32,000 nucleotides of DNA, taken from Nitrosomonas europaea (GTDB taxonomy: Bacteria; Pseudomonadota; Gammaproteobacteria; Burkholderiales; Nitrosomonadaceae). The notes beneath the pieces are model-generated. The model was not told where the DNA came from and searched no databases. It saw only the letters and a list, made by a program, of their open reading frames with translations. The position numbers were made by a program, and so were the translations under genes. Positions 27,301-32,000 of the stretch are shown here, piece after piece; within the stretch, counting starts at the first letter, position 1, and every line of letters begins with the position of its first letter. The DNA is taken from positions 10,204 to 42,203 of the forward strand of contig NZ_FUWK01000026.1 of NCBI RefSeq assembly GCF_900167395.1, in the 5' to 3' direction.

Positions 27301-27815
27301 TGCTGGGTGAAAGCAAAAATGAATCCTTGCTGAATGCCATCCGAGTTATTCCGGATCTGAATCTGCTCCAACTCAGAGAGTTATATTGTATCGCCGACTA
27401 CTATGTTTCGCCGTACCGTGCCGAAGGTTTCAATCTGCCTGTTATTGAAGCTCTTGTGTGCGGCACGCCAGTCATTGTTACAGAAGGCGGCGCCACACAA
27501 GATTTTTGCAGCGAAAAAAATGCCTTGTTCATTGAGGCTGTGCCTTACAGAAATGTCAAAATCAACGACAGGCACGTTAATGCTTATCAGGCCCCCATTC
27601 TGGACTCACTAATTACTCATCTAAATGTATGCGCACAGGATAAGCCTTTCTCCGAAAGCCAACGTCTGCAGAATGCGGCATCTATTGCCAAGAATTTTAC
27701 CTGGGCAAAAGCGGCTGACACGATTTCCCGATTGTTCACGCAATCAAATGATTGCAATACCAGCACATCTCAAATAACTGGAGCCTTACATGAAGAACCC
27801 CAATACTGTAATTAG
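24312..27815 (+). CDS. fusion glycosyltransferase: TPR - GT41 (O-GlcNAc-transferase/SPINDLY-like) - TPR - GT4 (Glycos_transf_1)
   Basis: GTG 24312 follows AGGAG; the track ORF starts at TTG 24246. TPRs are in the N-terminal ~200 aa. The GT41-like core carries KIRVAYCSSDF, ILIDLQGQT, ITYLGLPATTG, FCSFNNNHK, DTFPFNAGTTANDALWMGLPVLT. A second TPR block lies around aa 690-750. The C-terminal GT4 domain has the E-x7-E region (AEGFNLPVIEALVCGTPVI). Confidence 0.88.
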   Translation: MPTHSLSDYTSWIERTWQGQVSFTELVTYAETLNSHPALCAALYRTWLQRNTGVFNSVAWFNLGVILFAENNLIDSIEAFQKALALSPAFPQARINLGLALERQGNAEAAIEQWQAVVENAITPEADQNTGPNQADQIKNLTMALNNIGRLQETRRQYQAATQALEKSLQLDPDQPDAIHHLIFQRQKQCQWPVYAPVGKVTEAVLHEHTSALAMLNISDAPEAQLTAALNYSRRKIPADLPRLSPANGYRHDKIRVAYCSSDFCTHPVAMLTVELFEHHDKNRFETYAFCWSPDDGSTLRQRILSAVDHYIPVHGKSDDEVAQLIRQHEIDILIDLQGQTSGAKTRMLAMRPAPMQITYLGLPATTGLPGIDYVIADRYLIPEEYARFYSEKPLYMPDVYQVSDRKREHSPAPTRKDCGLPARKFVFCSFNNNHKYTLEVFTTWMNILRRVPNSVLWLLADNPWARENLQKQAKAQGIDPKRLVFAERTMPADYLARYLVADLFLDTFPFNAGTTANDALWMGLPVLTMSGRSFASRMAGALLTAADLPELITHDLQTYEDKAVALAADAKARKTMRQKLALAKESGPLFDSLRFTRNLEQQYIALVSELQNPSQHINISAQPEPTKLGEPAQPNPIIATVQEAEALQARGDTQGAIQLYRQWLEHAHSGDEWIAQFNLGVLLRDGGDITGAQQAFQAVLKQKPDFVQARAALGKLPAPVTTESQKHGAIIGPLQTNSPISTKSKEQITQIFSETPKIKLLVEGWRGINHSFALVNQYHLYEWMRSSQLHIYHRDMPLLFSHWETNKNRGNTGLPGTYSQRLAQVQHWSGQTYDACFRIYSPVTLAPDDKHPVSTFLVTELGLDETQIAHFRPNLKAYFNMGGNIVTPSHWSKERIIEAGIPAEHIHLISHGVASNIFHPMHSDERAIHRQRLGFDREAVIFLNVAAPIWNKGLDLLIQAFVQCFHQNPHTRLLIKDQQAVYGISTKDTVLREITLLGESKNESLLNAIRVIPDLNLLQLRELYCIADYYVSPYRAEGFNLPVIEALVCGTPVIVTEGGATQDFCSEKNALFIEAVPYRNVKINDRHVNAYQAPILDSLITHLNVCAQDKPFSESQRLQNAASIAKNFTWAKAADTISRLFTQSNDCNTSTSQITGALHEEPQYCN

Positions 27816-28539
27816 CTCTGACTACGGTCCAATCATTATTAACCTGAACGACAATGCAATTGGACGGCAAATCAGCCAATATGGATACTGGGCAACAGAT
27901 GACATCAATATCATCAATACCTTAGTTAATGTTCAGTTAGATAAATTTGGCCAAATCATGTTCTACGATGTAGGTGCGAATATCGGCACGCATTCACTAG
28001 CAATTGCCAAAACTCATCCCGATACAGTTGCTATTCGGGCATTCGAAGCACAGCGGCAAGTATTCAATATGCTGTGCGGCACTATGGCAATCAACGGGCT
28101 TTCGAATGTCCATTGCCACCATAATGCCATTAGTGAAAAAATCGGAGATTTTATTGACATCCCCATACCAGACTATAACAGCGCCAACAACTTTGGAAGC
28201 TTAGAGCTAATCCCACCAAAAAACTCCGACAACCAAGGCATCATCCATAGCGGAAAAATGGAAAGTGTCAAAACATTATCAATTGATTCATTCAATGAAA
28301 AAGTTGATTTTATCAAAATGGATATTGAAGGGATGGAAGACAAGGCGCTCTTGGGAGCAATCAACACAATCGAACATCATCGGCCAATTCTCTTCCTCGA
28401 AATCCTGAAAACAGATGTTAATTTTGTTATGACCTTTCTGAGGGAAAGAGGTTATCTCGGATTTCAGAAATCATTTGATCTGATCGCCATACCGATTGAA
28501 TATCAACTACAAGTCAATGGCACAAATCGGGTTTTCTGA
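27790..28539 (+). CDS. FkbM-family SAM-dependent methyltransferase
   Basis: FYDVGANIGTHSLAIAK (SAM-binding G-loop) and DFIKMDIEGME are typical of FkbM. It overlaps the end of the glycosyltransferase gene by 26 nt. The segment is very AT-rich. Confidence 0.87.
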   Translation: MKNPNTVISSDYGPIIINLNDNAIGRQISQYGYWATDDINIINTLVNVQLDKFGQIMFYDVGANIGTHSLAIAKTHPDTVAIRAFEAQRQVFNMLCGTMAINGLSNVHCHHNAISEKIGDFIDIPIPDYNSANNFGSLELIPPKNSDNQGIIHSGKMESVKTLSIDSFNEKVDFIKMDIEGMEDKALLGAINTIEHHRPILFLEILKTDVNFVMTFLRERGYLGFQKSFDLIAIPIEYQLQVNGTNRVF

Positions 28540-28839
28540 AAATTATTTGTATCTGTTGCCACAGGCCATACTGAAAGTAAGAAATATAATTACAAAGTGG
28601 ATTAATCAGTTGCAATGACGGGAAATTTATTCTCATTTGTGCCACAACCACCAGCATTTTTATGAGACCACAGACTGTAGAGCCAACAGTAACCCACTAA
28701 ATACAACCCCTTTTCAAAGCTTAAATGGCAGCACTTACACCTTATTCTCCCTCGTATCTGTTTGATGATCGAGAGCTTGCATCCGAGTTGAATGACAAGC
28801 GCAGTTTTAAGCATCTAAACGATAAAAAGGGAGAAGGCT

Positions 28840-29853
28840 TTGTTTGACGTTAATTACGAAAAACAAGCTCAGGACTATTACAGCAAGGCCCCCATCATAA
28901 TTTTAGGTAGTGGTGCCTCGGCTACGCATGGAATGCCTGGCATGCGGGGGCTTGCGCAACATCTGACCGACAAAACCGATGTTTCAGGACTGTCTGATGC
29001 TGAGATGGAGCCTTGGAGGAGCTTTTGCCGGACACTCACAGATGGTGTGGATTTGGAATCGGCACTCCGCCAGGTAGCCGTATCTGAAGAGCTGACTTGC
29101 AGGATCATAAATTCCACTTGGTCACTTATCAACTCTGAAGATGCTGCAATCTTCAAGAATAGCTTGCAAAACAGCTCGATGTTCCCGCTGAGCCGTCTGC
29201 TTGAACACATGTTCAAAACAAGCCTAAAAAAAATAAATATTGTCACTACAAATTATGATCGCTTGGCAGAGTATGCATGCGACCAAAGCAGAATTCATCA
29301 CTACACTGGATTTACTCACGGATTTTTCCGCCAACTGGCCACGCCCGATGAATTAACCTGCTCACGCAGAGTGAATATTTGGAAAGTACATGGATCTCTC
29401 GACTGGTTTCAGTCGCCACTAGAAGACACCATCGCAATTTCAGGCGCACAAGAAATTCCTGAAAATTACAGCCCACAGATTGTGACACCTGGCACGCAAA
29501 AGTACCAAAAGACGCACCTTGAGCCATTTCGCTCCATCATAAATAACGCCGACATAGCTATTAATGAGGCGGGTTCATACTTGTGCATCGGGTATGGATT
29601 CAATGATGAGCATGTTCAGCCAAAACTTATGGCTAAATGCCAGCGACAGGGGGCGCCAGTCACCATTATCACATACGCACTTTCCGATTCGACTAAAAAA
29701 CTTATTCTTGGCGGCAAAGCACAAAATTATTTAGCGATAGAGCGTGGGGCGACAGATGGCCAGTCTGTTGTCTACTCTTCTCTGAGCAGTTCTTCGTTCA
29801 CAGTAGAGAAGAACATCTGGAGCCTTGAAGGCTACTTATCACTCATCATGTAG
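28840..29853 (+). CDS. SIR2-family (SIR2_2) NADase-type defence protein, partner of HerA
   Basis: IIILGSGAS (Rossmann G-loop), VTTNYDRL and WKVHGSLDWF (catalytic Asn/Asp and His contexts of SIR2_2). The apparent start is TTG, preceded by AAAGGGAGAAGG. The stop lies 9 nt before herA. Confidence 0.82.
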   Translation: MFDVNYEKQAQDYYSKAPIIILGSGASATHGMPGMRGLAQHLTDKTDVSGLSDAEMEPWRSFCRTLTDGVDLESALRQVAVSEELTCRIINSTWSLINSEDAAIFKNSLQNSSMFPLSRLLEHMFKTSLKKINIVTTNYDRLAEYACDQSRIHHYTGFTHGFFRQLATPDELTCSRRVNIWKVHGSLDWFQSPLEDTIAISGAQEIPENYSPQIVTPGTQKYQKTHLEPFRSIINNADIAINEAGSYLCIGYGFNDEHVQPKLMAKCQRQGAPVTIITYALSDSTKKLILGGKAQNYLAIERGATDGQSVVYSSLSSSSFTVEKNIWSLEGYLSLIM

Positions 29854-29862
29854 AGAGGGCAT

Positions 29863-31596
29863 ATGCCAATATTCAACTTTAGGGATGAAGAAGCGCTCGG
29901 GAAGGTTGCTTCCGTTGATACCACGAATGTAATTGTGGATGTGGAGAATGTCGCTCATCTAAAAAGGTTACAGGTTAATCATCTCGCCGTGCTTCAGAGC
30001 AGCAGGCCTGGGCAGCACCTCATTGGCCTTATTACGCAGGTGACTAGAAAGCGAGGCATCGAAAATATTTCCGATGATGGAATCGTCGACCAAAATTCAG
30101 AATTGAATCTGTGTCGCATTGCCTTAATTGGAACCATGCTAGATCGCGATGGCTCCAAGGAGAATGTTTTTCGTCGAACAATCGAAAGTGTTCCCGAAAT
30201 AGATGCCAACTGCTTTTCGCTCGAAGGCGAGAACCTCACTGGATTTATGCGCACGCTCTCCAGCGTTTCAGCGGAAGGAAATGCCTTGACGCTAGGGAAG
30301 TACACGTTGGATGAGAATGCAGTAGCCTACCTTAATGGTAATAAATTTTTCCAGCGCCATGCCTTTATCGGAGGAAGTACAGGTTCTGGAAAGTCTTGGA
30401 CAACTGCCAAAATTATTGAGCAAATGTCAGGGCTTTCTACAGCGAATGCCATTGTCTTTGACCTTCATGGCGAATACTCTCCATTGACAGGGCCAGGCAT
30501 TCAGCACTTCAAGGTTGCAGGGCCGGCAGATGTTGAAGCCAAACGCACCATCTCTGATGATGTGCTTTATCTTCCTTATTGGCTGCTTTCTTATGAGGCG
30601 CTAGTTTCCATGTTTGTGGATCGTAGCGATCAGAATGCCCCTAACCAAGCTATGATAATAGCTCGCGAGATCAATCAAGCGAAAAGAAAGTACCTTGAGG
30701 ACAATGGGCAGCAGGCGTTACTAAAGCACTTTACTGTTGATAGCCCAGTTCCATTCGATCTCGATTTCCTTATGGAGCGATTGAATTCGATTAACGTCGA
30801 GATGGTTCCCGGCGCTAAAGCTGGAACCGAAAAGCAAGGCGATTTCTTCGGAAAGCTCGCGCGCATGATTTCCAGGCTTGAGAACAAAATTTCCGATAGG
30901 CGTCTCGGATTTATGTTCAACGGTGGCGGAGACATTCTTGACTTCGCTTGGCTTGAGAAGTTTGCCAATGCTGCTCTCGGAAGCACGGGCGAGAACGGCA
31001 AGGCAGGTATCAAGATCATCAACTTCTCTGAGGTTCCCTCGGACGTTCTTCCCCTGATAGTCTCCCTTGTTGCACGAGTCACATTTTCGGTGCAGCAGTG
31101 GACTCCATCAGAGCTTCGCCATCCCATTGCGCTTCTCTGTGATGAAGCTCACCTCTATATGCCCCAGCGCAACATGGCAGATTCCGCAGACGATATTTCA
31201 TTGGATATATTCGAGCGCATCGCGAAAGAAGGACGAAAATATGGCGTCAGCTTGGTTGTAATCAGTCAGCGTCCATCCGAAGTAAACAAAACGCTGCTTA
31301 GCCAGTGCAGCAATTTTGTATCTATGCGTCTGACTAATGCCGAAGATCAAGGCGTTATCAAACGCCTTCTCCCCGACAGCCTTGGCGGCTTCAGTGACAT
31401 CCTTCCCACACTCGATACTGGTGAGGCTTTGGTTGTCGGCGATGCCAGCTTATTGCCAAGTCGCATCAGAATCGACGAGCCACAGAACAAGCCGAATAGC
31501 GGAACTGTGAACTTCTGGGATGAATGGCAGAAGCCAGTCAAAGACAATCGGCTATTGATTGCCGTCGATAACTGGCGCAAGCAAAACATCCAATAG
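29863..31596 (+). CDS. herA: HerA-like (DUF87/FtsK-HerA superfamily) ATPase of a SIR2-HerA defence pair
   Basis: N-terminal HAS-barrel-like region (GKVASVDTTNVIVDV). Walker A GGSTGSGKS. Walker B LLCDEAHLYMP. The C-terminal signature is GVSLVVISQRPSEV...FVSMRLTN...GEALVVGDA. Confidence 0.9.
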   Translation: MPIFNFRDEEALGKVASVDTTNVIVDVENVAHLKRLQVNHLAVLQSSRPGQHLIGLITQVTRKRGIENISDDGIVDQNSELNLCRIALIGTMLDRDGSKENVFRRTIESVPEIDANCFSLEGENLTGFMRTLSSVSAEGNALTLGKYTLDENAVAYLNGNKFFQRHAFIGGSTGSGKSWTTAKIIEQMSGLSTANAIVFDLHGEYSPLTGPGIQHFKVAGPADVEAKRTISDDVLYLPYWLLSYEALVSMFVDRSDQNAPNQAMIIAREINQAKRKYLEDNGQQALLKHFTVDSPVPFDLDFLMERLNSINVEMVPGAKAGTEKQGDFFGKLARMISRLENKISDRRLGFMFNGGGDILDFAWLEKFANAALGSTGENGKAGIKIINFSEVPSDVLPLIVSLVARVTFSVQQWTPSELRHPIALLCDEAHLYMPQRNMADSADDISLDIFERIAKEGRKYGVSLVVISQRPSEVNKTLLSQCSNFVSMRLTNAEDQGVIKRLLPDSLGGFSDILPTLDTGEALVVGDASLLPSRIRIDEPQNKPNSGTVNFWDEWQKPVKDNRLLIAVDNWRKQNIQ

Positions 31597-31652
31597 CGAT
31601 CTATTTAAATAACCAAAAAACTTTACCATTGTTTTCTGAGTTGGCACTACTT

Positions 31653-32000
31653 TGACCTGCCCCATCAGAAGTGAATCGCCCCGGGTTTTGAGGAGGCTCC
31701 AACTTTTGAGAGAATGGAGCCATGAGCAATCAAACAAAGTTTTCCCCTGAAGTTCGTGAACGATCTGTTCGTCTGGTACAGGAACATCGAGGCGAATATC
31801 CATCGCTATGGGCGGCGGTTGAATCAATTGCACCCAAGATTGGCTGTGTGCCCTCCACGTTGCTGGAATGGGTTAAACGTAGCGAAATTAACAATGGCGC
31901 ACGCGAAGGTCTGACAAGCAGTGAACGTGATCGCCTCAAGGCGTTGGAGCGTGAGAACAGGGAACTGCGCCGAGCCAATGAGATATTGAAAACAGCCAGT
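31653..32000 (+). mobile_element. IS3-family insertion sequence, left end (partial; continues beyond window)
   Basis: A terminal repeat starting TGACCTGCCCC (IS3/IS407-group style TG... end) lies 68 nt upstream of an OrfA-type transposase gene. Confidence 0.7.
31721..32000 (+). CDS. IS3-family transposase OrfA (HTH + leucine zipper), partial at window edge
   Basis: This is my own translation; it is not in the track because no stop falls within the window. [93 protein letters not shown] is a textbook IS3 OrfA. Confidence 0.88.

Noticed and set aside
28602-28814. 70-aa minus-strand ORF between the FkbM and SIR2 genes.
   Set aside because: It gives a Cys/Lys-rich, low-plausibility peptide, has no Shine-Dalgarno, sits in an AT-rich spacer, and lies in the opposite orientation to all neighbouring genes.

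Overview
The window looks like chromosomal DNA from a flagellated betaproteobacterium. Gene content and roughly 50% GC suggest something Nitrosomonas-like, but I cannot verify the taxon here.

Layout:
- 1-2.7 kb, housekeeping: gatA 3' end, gatB, a small lipoprotein and an Hsp20.
- 2.9-7.4 kb (minus strand): a translationally coupled LysM-FecR / CHASE2-PAS-(S)GDEF-EAL c-di-GMP signalling pair.
- 7.6-19.9 kb, core flagellar region: a FliK-like + FlhB-C-terminal-domain-only pair, the PilZ brake YcgR, fliE, the sigma-54 two-component pair fleS/fleR, and fliFGHIJK.
- 20-32 kb, accessory mosaic with sharp composition changes:
  - (a) a gene for a 673-aa protein built almost entirely of 8-residue repeats nested in 408-bp tandem super-repeats, behind a FliA/sigma-28-like promoter;
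  - (b) a GC-rich AbiEi/AbiEii type IV toxin-antitoxin island ending in a truncated ATPase gene stub and a perfect 20-nt palindrome;
  - (c) a 1167-aa TPR-GT41(OGT-like)-TPR-GT4 fusion glycosyltransferase plus an FkbM methyltransferase;
  - (d) a low-GC SIR2-HerA anti-phage pair;
  - (e) the left end of an IS3-family element running off the window.

The most interesting candidate is the combination of the octad-repeat protein with the OGT-like fusion glycosyltransferase and the methyltransferase. It appears to have been split by the AbiE insertion. I propose it as an undescribed flagellar-regulon-linked protein glycosylation or secreted-protein module.

I saw no rRNA, tRNA or CRISPR array. All homology calls rest on motif recognition from memory, not on database searches.
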